Positions 33,001 through 41,367 of a DNA stretch of 64,000 nt are shown here, piece after piece. The DNA is from Candidatus Bathyarchaeia archaeon (GTDB lineage: Archaea; Thermoproteota; Bathyarchaeia; 40CM-2-53-6). The position numbers and the translations under genes are program-made. Location: contig JBEKSC010000008.1 in the NCBI GenBank assembly GCA_049517415.1, positions 22,664-86,663 of the forward strand, read 5' to 3'. How positions within the stretch are numbered: position 1 is the stretch's first letter; every line of letters begins with the position of its first letter. The notes under the pieces were generated by a model that saw nothing but the letters and a program-made list of their open reading frames with translations, was not told the DNA's origin and made no database searches.

Positions 33001-34403
33001 CAGCTTCAAAGCTTCTAGTCGACAGCATGTTCAACCAAAAGAGAGTCGTCTGGCCACTTTACTTTAACCAGGGCCAATACGACCTCGCAGCCTACACGTA
33101 TGGCTACATACAAGACCAAACCTTCACAGCCTATGCCCAAAACGGCCAAGTTGCCGACATGCGAGTCAATTTGCTCATCGGCGTGAACCTAACTCTTGAT
33201 ATTCTCTTCAAGAAGGAGAGTATCATAACCGGCACGCCGTTTAACATGTCCGCACGGGTCCGCTTCTTCAACGACCAAAGTCAGATGGTTGCTGAATGGA
33301 TGTCCAGCGAGGGCACCTACGTTGACCGCAGTGGTCACGCGATCGCAGCCAACGGAGCGCTGCCGGTAGGCGGAAGTGGTTTCACGACTCCCTCCGACCC
33401 GCTCTACCCGTTCACCGACCAAGCGGGTTACCAGAAACCTGCTTCTGGGCTACAAGGATACAACTTCGTACCCGGAAACACAACATTACTTAACGTCCTA
33501 ACGGCTGGCTTACCGCAGCAGCCGCCCGCTGGAAAATTCCTAAGCAATGAATACTTCAGCGACCCACTGCAAGGCGGTGGAGGAACTTTCGGAGACTGCG
33601 ACTTCAACCTCTACTGTTACCCAGCCGCGCATGCTCAGTACCCATTCCCCAACACGGGAATCACAGGTGCTCCAGACTATACGGGTGGATGGACAGCCGA
33701 AGTCGACTTCGTCCCATGGTACGCCAACAACACCGGCATCCAGGCCTTCGTAGGCCAGAGTGGCGCGACCAGCGTAGTTGGCACAGGGCCCTATCCAGCA
33801 TACTACCCGCCGATTCAAGGGCTACTAATGGGTGAATCGTACCACATCGTCCCAGGCACGACCGCAACCTCAGGCATCAGCCTGACAGAAGACACGGCAA
33901 CGAATACATACGTGTCCCCGCCGGGCAGCAGCTTCGTCGGCCACAGCATGGCAGCGAACCACTTAGGCCCGTACTCGCAGGAAGGTGTCTGGCAGATCAG
34001 CAACGCTCACCTAAGCGGTGAAGCTAGCGGAATCTTCGAAGTCGACTTGAACGGCCTCGTATCAGGCAACGCTCTAGCGTTCACGTGGGCTAACGAGTTC
34101 CGGCCTTTGAGCTGGGCCTCAGTTAGCGTCGTGGGAGCAAGCGGTGCATCGTTTAACTTCTACACCTACGACGGCATCTACGAAGCCTACCTGCCACCCG
34201 GCACGTACAAGTTCACCATAAGCTCACCAAGCTACGCGGCTCAAACCTTCTCCGTAGTGATCTCACCAGGCCAAGCCGGGGTAGGCCAGAACGTGTACAT
34301 GCAACAGAACAACGTACCAGTCCCAGAATTCAGTGGAGTAGCAGTTGTCGCCTTCTCAGCGTTAGCAGCTTCAGTATACCTACTCAGACGAAGACGCAAA
34401 TAA
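30015..34403 (+). CDS. 1462-aa secreted glycoprotein with PEF-CTERM tail; S-layer or major surface protein candidate
   Basis: Signal peptide; rich in G/T/Y/N/P with many N-x-S/T sequons; carboxypeptidase-regulatory-like domains; PVPEFS, TM helix, RRRRK. Confidence 0.85.
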   Translation: MHKKLAAALTIAIFLISTLAIVNPVQATFTLGNLTGSYPYDVNNFDPHVAGPVGYVWPGGGQAAYQGMLNSASNSMAPGYQSPYPSGNPPGAPASWYQLESDAYSPFGAPLTGSTGDLIFALNATCTPINWQPANLAACATQFDANGNGVKQAEIQTPLADTKGWDSWVILIPPEFNVPLYGAGEAQVATTITNNAADVGVYRVSPFDRYAPNYTAIYITADGTVQSEHKSDLGTNTVGYNHQFINFTSAGEFYYARINGVTAPKVAGKYFFKMLLVGNLASNGKINVGPTQAGAGTDAENPDVWVPPQNWPVMLVKGEVDPAIVTGTLRYAGYNASLYGQPIEEAGQVWAHMTTRLDPYTGAQRPDLPTVDAQAYVNATATGHYEVEGLAPGIYSLYASAAGYPQTLCASGITVLRGQSLHFDCYLQPGPVIHGQVFTKHQFGDEPWPGNLTTGSYIKIELYGAPTLSNLVDPSAGSPVSWSPLPCTAGGQEKYYGRRAAGLCGDPRDGSAIAFPWHEYSTDMNVVAQPPVGGTAPGYANGYTRDVSMTDVFGSTKLTSDPEGVGPPQKWFVQGGTTTPFAYEFGLKGEYGAPTDLSGEVPQVYATWINGLTPGRYYVRAWVFRYVQTALDGSIFQEYYFDITPNEWAGDVTLPLDLRLSSWVNKTVYFHDTSNTITTSPVHSGAGFLWGNLMGADGHVYAHNVTNLGYDDLYYSCAYDSNSNGRQDRNQKTFGTYTSIYTGVQYVGSGETGAPSMSCAGDSNQLNRAHTNADSLASGKAAIQFFGFNDTWGGEDYGIPSGTYTPNVATDGYYSPSPEQQVSVTLSGNPTSISDHLFLAPGFNVTVTSIDWERPSVARPWIWSGCQDAGANGLANGNGNAAHSNADKDSGCTGSEIDLGFYPVVNGTAGNIYDTIGDTSSYFYLPSSIPSTQLYQGPEGTDCLLGKSPAYTCTEMDGGGRNVLQYYQISHGVFYGDSARYAFVGGQTAGKNGFTTASKLLVDSMFNQKRVVWPLYFNQGQYDLAAYTYGYIQDQTFTAYAQNGQVADMRVNLLIGVNLTLDILFKKESIITGTPFNMSARVRFFNDQSQMVAEWMSSEGTYVDRSGHAIAANGALPVGGSGFTTPSDPLYPFTDQAGYQKPASGLQGYNFVPGNTTLLNVLTAGLPQQPPAGKFLSNEYFSDPLQGGGGTFGDCDFNLYCYPAAHAQYPFPNTGITGAPDYTGGWTAEVDFVPWYANNTGIQAFVGQSGATSVVGTGPYPAYYPPIQGLLMGESYHIVPGTTATSGISLTEDTATNTYVSPPGSSFVGHSMAANHLGPYSQEGVWQISNAHLSGEASGIFEVDLNGLVSGNALAFTWANEFRPLSWASVSVVGASGASFNFYTYDGIYEAYLPPGTYKFTISSPSYAAQTFSVVISPGQAGVGQNVYMQQNNVPVPEFSGVAVVAFSALAASVYLLRRRRK

Positions 34404-34408
34404 GCGTC

Positions 34409-34448
34409 CGAGCGCCCGAAAAGCGCTCGTACCCCTTTCTATTTTTTC
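34409..34448 (+). terminator. Hairpin plus T-tract terminator
   Basis: CGAGCGC-CCGAAAA-GCGCTCG stem followed by CCCCTTTCTATTTTTTC, just after the stop codon. Confidence 0.7.
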
Positions 34449-34881
34449 AATAAAATACGAGGCTACTGTGTAAGGAGAAGCTGTCCGGTCTGGGACGATT
34501 ACAATTTCAATAGTTCGATTGCGTTTTCTCCCAGGCTCTTCTCTTTCTGCTGTTCGCTAATCCTCAGACTCTTAATGCGATCCACAGCATGGTACGATGT
34601 CAAATGGATTTCGTGTGGGAAATCTGTTACCAGCACTAGTTTCTCAGCGCCGGAAAAAGTATCCTGAGCCCATACGACGGCCGGCGACTTCCGCAGCTAC
34701 GACTCAGTTGGTCACAACGCTAACGACGACTAAGAATCCGCATCGGCAAGCACCAAGCAAGTTGGAACAGCCTAAGCCGTCTATGTGAAGGAATGCGCGA
34801 TAGCTTGACGTGGCGCTGGTAGCGCCCCTTCGACCAATGATAACAAAAGCAGGTAATAGTAAATGCGAAGAAGTTTCGCCT

Positions 34882-34984
34882 GAACATGTACATGTTCGCC
34901 AGGGAGTATGTACATCTTTCCGCAAACGGGATTGAGGTAACGTGGCCGCAAACCATGTACATGGTTACCGGCGACCAAGTACAT
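34882..34984. repeat. Four ATGTACAT-type boxes, two inside perfect 16-bp palindromes
   Basis: GAACATGTACATGTTC at 34882-34897, ATGTACAT at 34908, AACCATGTACATGGTT at 34951-34966, AAGTACAT at 34977. Spacing is 22 bp within pairs and 69 bp between pairs. Confidence 0.7.
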
Positions 34985-35167
34985 CGTTCAGAGGGTTCGA
35001 GTTCGCGGGGCGGATTGGTGTCCCGTCAGGCGGGACCTAGATGCCATTCAAGTAATCATCTATGTGAAAGCAGAACCGGCACTCGAACAACAGACACATG
35101 GCCTACCGGGGGTGAATAGCGTTACGCATATGAGTAATGTTGGCTATTCGAAAAGGTGGTGCTTTAG

Positions 35168-35935
35168 ATGCGTTTCGGTGGAAAAACCGCCGTAGTCACG
35201 GGGGCTTCCCGAGGAATAGGCCGAGCAACGGCCCTAGCCTTGGCGAGGGAAGGCTGCAACGTAGCCGTCAACTATGAGAAAAATAGTCAGAAAGCAGACG
35301 ACGTCGCTAATGCGATCAGGACTCTGAAAGCACAAGCCATCGCAGTCAGATGCGACGTTTCAAAAAGGAGTGATGTTGAGGCCATGTTCAAGGCCGCCAT
35401 AGGCGAGTTCGGGAAGGTGGACATCCTAGTGAACAACGCGGCCATCGATTTCGGAACAAACATGCTAGAAACGACTGACGAAATTTGGGACAGAACTTTA
35501 GACGTGAACCTGAAAGGCGTATTTCTTTGCACACAAATAGCCGCAAGATACATGGTGCAGAGAAAGTATGGGAAGATCGTGAACATCTCGTCGAACTCAG
35601 GATTCGGGGTCGCTGTCTGGGGTGAAACCGCCTACGCCGCGTCGAAAGCCGGCGTTATCCAACTAACAAAAACCGCAGCTTTCGAGCTCGGACAATATGG
35701 AATTAATGTAAACTGCATAGCGCCCGGATCAGTTCATGCTGACATGCTCAAGGGGAAAATGACAGATCAGGAGTACGAAAAGTTTCTAGAGGCCAGGAAG
35801 AAAATAACTTCGCTAGGCATAATCGGCGAGCCCGAAGACATTGCTGCAGCAGTTCTATTCTTGGCCAGCGACGATTCACGATTCATCACCGGCAAGACTA
35901 TCCTAGTGGACGGTGGCAGAAGAGACTTCCTATGA
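35168..35935 (+). CDS. Short-chain dehydrogenase/reductase (FabG-like)
   Basis: TGASRGIG, NNAA, YAASKAG and VDGG motifs. Confidence 0.92.
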   Translation: MRFGGKTAVVTGASRGIGRATALALAREGCNVAVNYEKNSQKADDVANAIRTLKAQAIAVRCDVSKRSDVEAMFKAAIGEFGKVDILVNNAAIDFGTNMLETTDEIWDRTLDVNLKGVFLCTQIAARYMVQRKYGKIVNISSNSGFGVAVWGETAYAASKAGVIQLTKTAAFELGQYGINVNCIAPGSVHADMLKGKMTDQEYEKFLEARKKITSLGIIGEPEDIAAAVLFLASDDSRFITGKTILVDGGRRDFL

Positions 35936-36199
35936 GAGAGAAGAAGATCCACCCGATCTCCCATTGCTTGAGATTACATATCACACAAGCTAAGAGGCCA
36001 CGTGGGCCTCTGAGGCGGCGGATTATATGGTAGTGGCGGCATTTGCCCTAGACGATTCGGCTTTTAACTCGTGCCGATGGTTTTTGATTCGATTTAGCAT
36101 TGTCTTGGCTACCATCAAGAACCGCGACTGGTTTGTCATGCATAATTCCAAACGGGAGCTGCCGAGTCAGGGATTGGGCCAAATCAGGACGAGTCTGCC

Positions 36200-37324
36200 G
36201 TGAACTTCTACATCACGTTGACGACCAATTGCAACCTCAAATGTAGCTACTGCTACGGTAAGTCCTGCGAGGATTTTGGTAGCGACTTCCATGGGCTTGA
36301 AGTCGACTATTCGCTGCCCAGTGAAGTTGCCTATGACAGCGAGGTACTGCGGAATTTTCTGCAGAAAGATCGAAAGACCGCCCTGATATTCTACGGAGGT
36401 GAGCCCATGCTACGGTTGAGCAAACTGCGAGAAATCATGAACACCGTCGAAGCTGACAGGTTCATCATCCAGACCAATGGCCTTCTGCTAAACAGGTTGG
36501 AGCCTGGGTACGTGAACAGGTTCCGATCGATCTTCGTATCACTAGACGGCGACGAAGCGTTGACTGACCATTATCGAGGGAAAGGGGTCTACGGGCGAGT
36601 TGCGCGCAACCTGAGGCTGATTCGCGAGAACGGGTTTAGAGGCGAGGTTGTGGCGCGAATGACCATCGCGGAAGAAACTGAGATCGATACCCAAGTCCTG
36701 ACGTTACTTAATGGCGCAGAGCTGCCGATATCATCAGTCCATTGGCAGCTTGATGCCCTCTTTTGGCAGAATGACTATTCGAAGCGACGGTTCTCAGAGT
36801 GGGTTAGGACGAGTTACAAGCCTCGCCTTAGGAGACTCATCGACTATTGGGTGCAGCACATGAAGGATACCGGCGAGGTACTGCGGCTCTATCCGTTTCT
36901 CGGAGTGATGCAGTCTCTGCTTCTCGGCGAGTCGAGCCAGCTGCGTTTCGGCGCCGGTTGGATTGTCTTCAACATACAAACTGACGGGAACATAACACCC
37001 TGCCCCGTCATGGCGGGAATGAAAGACTTCTACTTAGGGAACATTCGCGAAACGCACCCCGAGAGTCTGAGAAACGCCGAGTTCGTATCCGAGCCTTGCA
37101 CGCAATGCCAAGCACTTCCGGCCTGCGGTGGGCGTTGCCTCTACGCGAATGTCACTAAACTTTGGGGGAACGAAGGATTCAGGCAAGTTTGCGCAACGGT
37201 CACCGACATGATAAACGCATTGCAGGCGGCACTACCCGAAGTAAGGTCCCTCATAGATAATGGAAGAGTTCGGCTAGATGCTTTTGACTACATGAAATAC
37301 AACGGATGCGAAATAATACCCTAA
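36200..37324 (+). CDS. Radical SAM/SPASM protein (AF0577/TIGR04084-like)
   Basis: CNLKCSYC, FYGGEP, QTNG, SVHWQLD, CP and C..C.....CGGRC motifs; C-terminal EIIP. Confidence 0.85.
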   Translation: MNFYITLTTNCNLKCSYCYGKSCEDFGSDFHGLEVDYSLPSEVAYDSEVLRNFLQKDRKTALIFYGGEPMLRLSKLREIMNTVEADRFIIQTNGLLLNRLEPGYVNRFRSIFVSLDGDEALTDHYRGKGVYGRVARNLRLIRENGFRGEVVARMTIAEETEIDTQVLTLLNGAELPISSVHWQLDALFWQNDYSKRRFSEWVRTSYKPRLRRLIDYWVQHMKDTGEVLRLYPFLGVMQSLLLGESSQLRFGAGWIVFNIQTDGNITPCPVMAGMKDFYLGNIRETHPESLRNAEFVSEPCTQCQALPACGGRCLYANVTKLWGNEGFRQVCATVTDMINALQAALPEVRSLIDNGRVRLDAFDYMKYNGCEIIP

Positions 37325-37349
37325 TTCAAGAAATACGGGGTCTCTAGGA

Positions 37350-37982
37350 TTAAGTCTGCTTGACTGGAACGATCGTGGGGACACTAATGGCATCTCTGAG
37401 GCTTGCTAATTTAATATATGATATGAGCTCGTTCTTTTCGAGCGTCTCCTGTAGTTTCTTAGCAGCCAGTCTGACTTCGATTTCTGTCTTTGCACCTGTG
37501 ATGACGAGTTTGCCGCTGGTGAAAATCAAGATGACAGTCTTTGGTTCATCCATCCGGTAGATGAGTCCAGGAAACTGCTCGGGCTCATAGATCGTCTTGG
37601 TTAGACGTTCTGCCACTACCTCCAAATCGAGCGTGCCATTAAGATCGGCTGTGGCCACGATGTTCTCGATTCTAACTTCTGGGTTTCTAATTATGACTAT
37701 GCCGTGAGTTCGAAGTTCGTTCGCTATCCTCTTGATTGCGGTCTTGGCCGACCTCTCAGACTTGGCACCTGTACAGACCATCTTGCCTGTACTGAAGAGT
37801 AGGCTTGATGTCTTTGGGCTCTTCAGCCTGTAAACGAGACCAGGAAACCTTTGCGGGTTGTACTCTGCCCGGGCGCTCACTTTCAGAATCGAATAGAGAT
37901 CCAGGTTCTGACGTAACGCTCCCGTAGCCACGACGTTCTGAATCCTAACCTGCGGCTCTCTACTAGTTAACGTGCCATTCAA
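37350..37982 (-). CDS. tbp: TATA-box-binding protein
   Basis: Two TBP repeats (IQNVVAT..YNPQRFPGLVYR; IENIVAT..YEPEQFPGLIYR). Start probably the TTG at 37982; the ORF is open to 38012. Confidence 0.93.
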   Translation of the reverse strand: MNGTLTSREPQVRIQNVVATGALRQNLDLYSILKVSARAEYNPQRFPGLVYRLKSPKTSSLLFSTGKMVCTGAKSERSAKTAIKRIANELRTHGIVIIRNPEVRIENIVATADLNGTLDLEVVAERLTKTIYEPEQFPGLIYRMDEPKTVILIFTSGKLVITGAKTEIEVRLAAKKLQETLEKNELISYIKLASLRDAISVPTIVPVKQT

Positions 37983-38379
37983 CTCGCCACAATGAAGTCT
38001 TGCAACCATCATCTGATGGTACTTTAGTTTTTACAATAAGTAGATTAATAAATGGTAACTTATTAAGTGCTCTTCTATTACGTCGTTTCAACACCCAGAG
38101 TAAGGGCGCATCTCTTGCCTGAAGCCGCGTTTGGAGAATTGCATTCTTGACATCTGACGCAGATCTTTACTCTGAGTTTCTGTTCCCTTAAAAACGGATT
38201 CCGAGCCGTGAAGTTCCAACAGAAAACCAAGACACGTTACATACGCGCGCACACAGAGAACGGGGCCCAAAGGGAACGGATTTGCATTTCTATTTCGACC
38301 CACCGTATTTGTCAGGTTGAGAGTTTCTCCAGAAAGACTCCTCTCTGCTAGGTGAGCTTCATGGCTCCCTTGGGAGCAA

Positions 38380-38850
38380 TTAGTTTGTCTTGAGCGGAAG
38401 TTGTTTGAGCGCAGTGACAATTTCATGCGTGTGTTTTGTGACGTCGACGTCCGTGAAAATCTTAGCAATCTTGCCTTCCTTATCGATTATGAACGTCATT
38501 CTTTCTGCAAGCGAGCCGTCTTGACTCAAGACTCCGTAGGTCTTCGAAATCTGCTTGTCATGGTCGCTGATCAACGGGAAGTTGAGACTGTTTTTCTCGG
38601 CGAACTTTTTGTGGGATCCGACGGTGTCCACGCTAACGCCTACAACTTCTGTCCAGAGTGCTGCTATCGATTGGAGCTTGTCTCTGAAACTGCAGGCTTC
38701 TGTGGTGCAACCTTTGGTATCATCCTTCGGGTAGAAGTAAAGCACTACGTTCCTCTTTCCACGGTAATCTCTCAGACGAACCCATGTGTCTTTGGACGTT
38801 TGGCCTTCGAAGTCAGGTGCCGTGTCACCAACCTTTGGCCTTGTTTCCAC
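38380..38850 (-). CDS. bcp: Peroxiredoxin BCP/PrxQ
   Basis: FYPKDDTKGCTTEAC, FPLISD and R.TFIID.EG motifs. Confidence 0.92.
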   Translation of the reverse strand: METRPKVGDTAPDFEGQTSKDTWVRLRDYRGKRNVVLYFYPKDDTKGCTTEACSFRDKLQSIAALWTEVVGVSVDTVGSHKKFAEKNSLNFPLISDHDKQISKTYGVLSQDGSLAERMTFIIDKEGKIAKIFTDVDVTKHTHEIVTALKQLPLKTN

Positions 38851-38967
38851 TCGTAATCACTTCTCGGTAATTCGGTGTCTTCTGTCCATTATCTTCTTCT
38901 CAAGTTTATCATGCTTTAGCTTTGGAACCAACCTTGCCATGAAACACTTCCCTAGTTCAAGTTCAGT

Positions 38968-39000
38968 TGTGTGTGAGGTACCAATACTGCGCAAACACAC
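38968..39000 (+). repeat. Dispersed hairpin repeat, copy 2 (degenerate)
   Basis: TGTGTGTGAGGTACCAATACTGCGCAAACACAC, intergenic between bcp and wtpA. Confidence 0.5.
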
Positions 39001-39058
39001 TTTTTCGTGTAGCGCGACTGGTACACGCTGCAACGTGGAAGTTTACGTGTAAGGGTTG

Positions 39059-40108
39059 TTATGTCGTAGTCTGTTGGGTTGGTGCGCCGCTTTCATCAAT
39101 CGCTTGGATCGATATGCCGTTTTGATTAATCACGTCAATTACAGATGTCGGGACGGCCTGCTGATTGTAAATGTAGACTGGATTCAGCGGAGTTAGCCCA
39201 CTGGTGCGTAGGATCTGTTGTCCCATTGGGCTGAGTAGAGCTTTGATGAAGATTATGCTCATGCTCCGGTCTGGACTACTAGATGGGATGGTCACGTCGT
39301 AGAGGATGGGCGCCCCGGTCACCTGTTTGCCATTAACGGTCACGTTAACCTTTGCATACCAGTTTGCAAAGGTGAGGTTTGAGAGGTTAACTTGAGGTCC
39401 CGGATCGACGTATTGGAGTTTATGTGAAATCGCTTCCGAGGAGTACGACAGCACGTAATCTACCGCCCCTGTCTCTAACTGCGCGTCAAGATAGGTTTCT
39501 GTTGGGACTATCACCAGTTCCTTTGCTGCATTCTTCGTGTGGTAGATTTGATCGTAAAGGTAACTGGAGTTCTGATAATCTTGTAGTCCGGCTAGTTTCA
39601 GCATGAAAATTGCGTTGTAACCGCTCGGGTCAGTCTCTTTGTCCGAGACACCAACGATTACTCCCGGGCGAGTTATGATCTGATACCAGTTCTTTTGAGT
39701 AATCTCACTTTCGTATCGGCTATGGTTTGTGTAGAGTACAGCCATCGAGTTTGAAGCAAAAACGATGTACCACGAAGCGTATTTAGGAATCAGTTGATTG
39801 GGAATTATGCGATAGTCCGCCGAAGCAAAGATATCGAACGATTTGTTCGCCTGCGTAATCTCATTGGCCGCCAAGCGGCTGCCCTCGAAGATGTAATTGT
39901 AACTAAGCGTAGGATACTGTGGGCGAATCAGGGTGTTAGCAATCGCGTTGAAAGGCACTTGAAGAGTACCTGCAGCGTCTACTAGAAGAGTCGAAGATGT
40001 AGGAACCGAGTTGAACCCTTGGAAAAATCCGAGCGCGTATCCGACTCCCAATCCTGCAATTAACACCAGAATGAGAATTAGCCCACCATACTTTACCATC
40101 ACACTCAT
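39059..40108 (-). CDS. wtpA: Tungstate/molybdate ABC substrate-binding protein (WtpA-like)
   Basis: AAGTL..PF, EGS, DIFASAD, FASN, DPSGY, E..L...LETG..DY...Y.S.A and G.PI.Y motifs; N-terminal TM anchor. Confidence 0.8.
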   Translation of the reverse strand: MSVMVKYGGLILILVLIAGLGVGYALGFFQGFNSVPTSSTLLVDAAGTLQVPFNAIANTLIRPQYPTLSYNYIFEGSRLAANEITQANKSFDIFASADYRIIPNQLIPKYASWYIVFASNSMAVLYTNHSRYESEITQKNWYQIITRPGVIVGVSDKETDPSGYNAIFMLKLAGLQDYQNSSYLYDQIYHTKNAAKELVIVPTETYLDAQLETGAVDYVLSYSSEAISHKLQYVDPGPQVNLSNLTFANWYAKVNVTVNGKQVTGAPILYDVTIPSSSPDRSMSIIFIKALLSPMGQQILRTSGLTPLNPVYIYNQQAVPTSVIDVINQNGISIQAIDESGAPTQQTTT

Positions 40109-40145
40109 ATCATATTACTTCCTGCATGGATCGTCCAGCACAATG

Positions 40146-40230
40146 ATGTAAGCCTTGATAAGCGCGAACGCTTACGGTGGTAAGCGGACAAGACAGCCTA
40201 GTCGGCCTCTATGTGAACCTTGATAAGTTC
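40146..40230. promoter_or_regulatory. Candidate Tfx operator in the divergent wtpA/tfx promoter
   Basis: CCTTGATAAG direct repeat (40153-40162 and 40218-40227, each preceded by ATGT) flanking the inverted repeat CGCTTAC-GGTG-GTAAGCG (40169-40186). Confidence 0.45.
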
Positions 40231-40269
40231 AACAATATCGTTTCGTTCCTCGTGGAGAGGCGGTGAACA

Positions 40270-40680
40270 TTGACACCTCGCCGCATCATTTTGACACCAA
40301 GGCAATGGAAGGTACTTCAACTCAGAGCAAGAGGATTAACTCAGGCTCAAGTAGGAAGCAGACTGCACACTTCACGTGAGAACATAAGCATCATCGAACA
40401 CCGCGCTTACGCAAACGTAAGGGTAGCTAAGGCTACTATTGCTGCCATAGACCAACTCTCAGAATCCGAAGAATTGATAATTCCAAGCGGTACCAGTGTC
40501 TTCGAGGCCGTGTCCATGACAATCCTCAGGGCCGACATTTTACGAATCAAACTGAGAATTAATGCTGACTCTCTCCTAGCAGCGATCCGATCAAGATGTA
40601 AGGGAAGGATACGAGGACATCACCTAACAGCTGTCGTTAAGATTAGGATAAGCGAAGACGGTGCTGTAACGATAAAATGA
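40270..40680 (+). CDS. tfx: Tfx-family DNA-binding protein
   Basis: LT.RQ..VL.LRARGLTQ.....L.TSRENIS.IE.RA..N...AK.T; IPSGT; AD...IK. Confidence 0.85.
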   Translation: MTPRRIILTPRQWKVLQLRARGLTQAQVGSRLHTSRENISIIEHRAYANVRVAKATIAAIDQLSESEELIIPSGTSVFEAVSMTILRADILRIKLRINADSLLAAIRSRCKGRIRGHHLTAVVKIRISEDGAVTIK

Positions 40681-40744
40681 AATTGAACCGTCGTGCGTCG
40701 TCGTTCACGTAATGTGTGTGGTGATACTGGTACGCACACGCACA
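40681..40744 (-). repeat. Dispersed hairpin repeat, copy 3, with GACGAC-GGTTCAA tail
   Basis: Minus strand TGTGCGTGTGCGTACCAGTATCACCACACACA...GAACGACGAC..GACGGTTCAATT; the tail resembles 63801-63820. Confidence 0.6.
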
Positions 40745-40848
40745 GCTTAGCTGTTAGATTCAGGCGTAGTCTCTCGGAACATGTGGATGATTCGTCCACA
40801 ACAACTAATTAACGGCAATCCCAACGACAGGGCATAGTTTGCAGCGAG

Positions 40849-41073
40849 GTGAGAAAGTTGAGTTTACTCGAAACAGTAATGCAAAATGCCACTGCTCCCC
40901 ACCACCCTTGGCGACGCATGGGGTTTGGTATGGGGTTTGGTGGGTCGTTCATCTTCGGAGCCATCGGTGCAGTCTCAGTCCTCCTAATCACTATAGGCGT
41001 CTTCTACGTTTTAATAAAACTCGGAAGGCTCCTAGACGCAATGAAAACAGAGGCTGGTTCCGCAAAGAAATGA
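40849..41073 (+). CDS. Small single-TM membrane protein
   Basis: MGFGMGFGG followed by a hydrophobic helix and a basic tail. Confidence 0.55.
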   Translation: MRKLSLLETVMQNATAPHHPWRRMGFGMGFGGSFIFGAIGAVSVLLITIGVFYVLIKLGRLLDAMKTEAGSAKK

Positions 41074-41367
41074 AGCCCGCGAAAACGTAGACTGGGCGAG
41101 GCTTAGAAGTTGGACCACGCCCAACAACCTTTTTCTGGTTTGAACATCTCGTTTAGAGAATGGCCGATTTGACTGTACTGAGACAGCTTTTGATCAAGAC
41201 AGGGCTAGACCTTGAAGGAGACAATATCCTGATGCTATGATGAGCTACAGGGGAAAGCCTACCCGTCTCGCCTCCCTCTTTTTCTACATCGGCGTCTCAG
41301 CCATCCTTCTGAAAGTGTATGCATTTAAGTTCAAAGAAGCCTATGACAAACTGGAGTAGACACTGAA

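Noticed and set aside
34882..34984. Mini CRISPR array
   Set aside because: The boxes are only 8-16 bp with alternating spacing, and there are no cas genes in the window.
34990..35020. GGGTTCGAGT resembling a tRNA T-loop
   Set aside because: No T-stem complement and no CCA at the expected distance.
34597..35119. Short ORFs with MY..VH peptide repeats
   Set aside because: The repeats appear on both strands because of the DNA palindromes; no other coding evidence.
35936..36199. RiPP precursor peptide for the radical SAM/SPASM enzyme
   Set aside because: Only very short ORFs without Cys-rich or repeated core features.
38232..38258. ACACGTTACATACGCGCGCACACAG as a seventh hairpin copy
   Set aside because: Lacks the ACCA/TGGT core; too degenerate to support.
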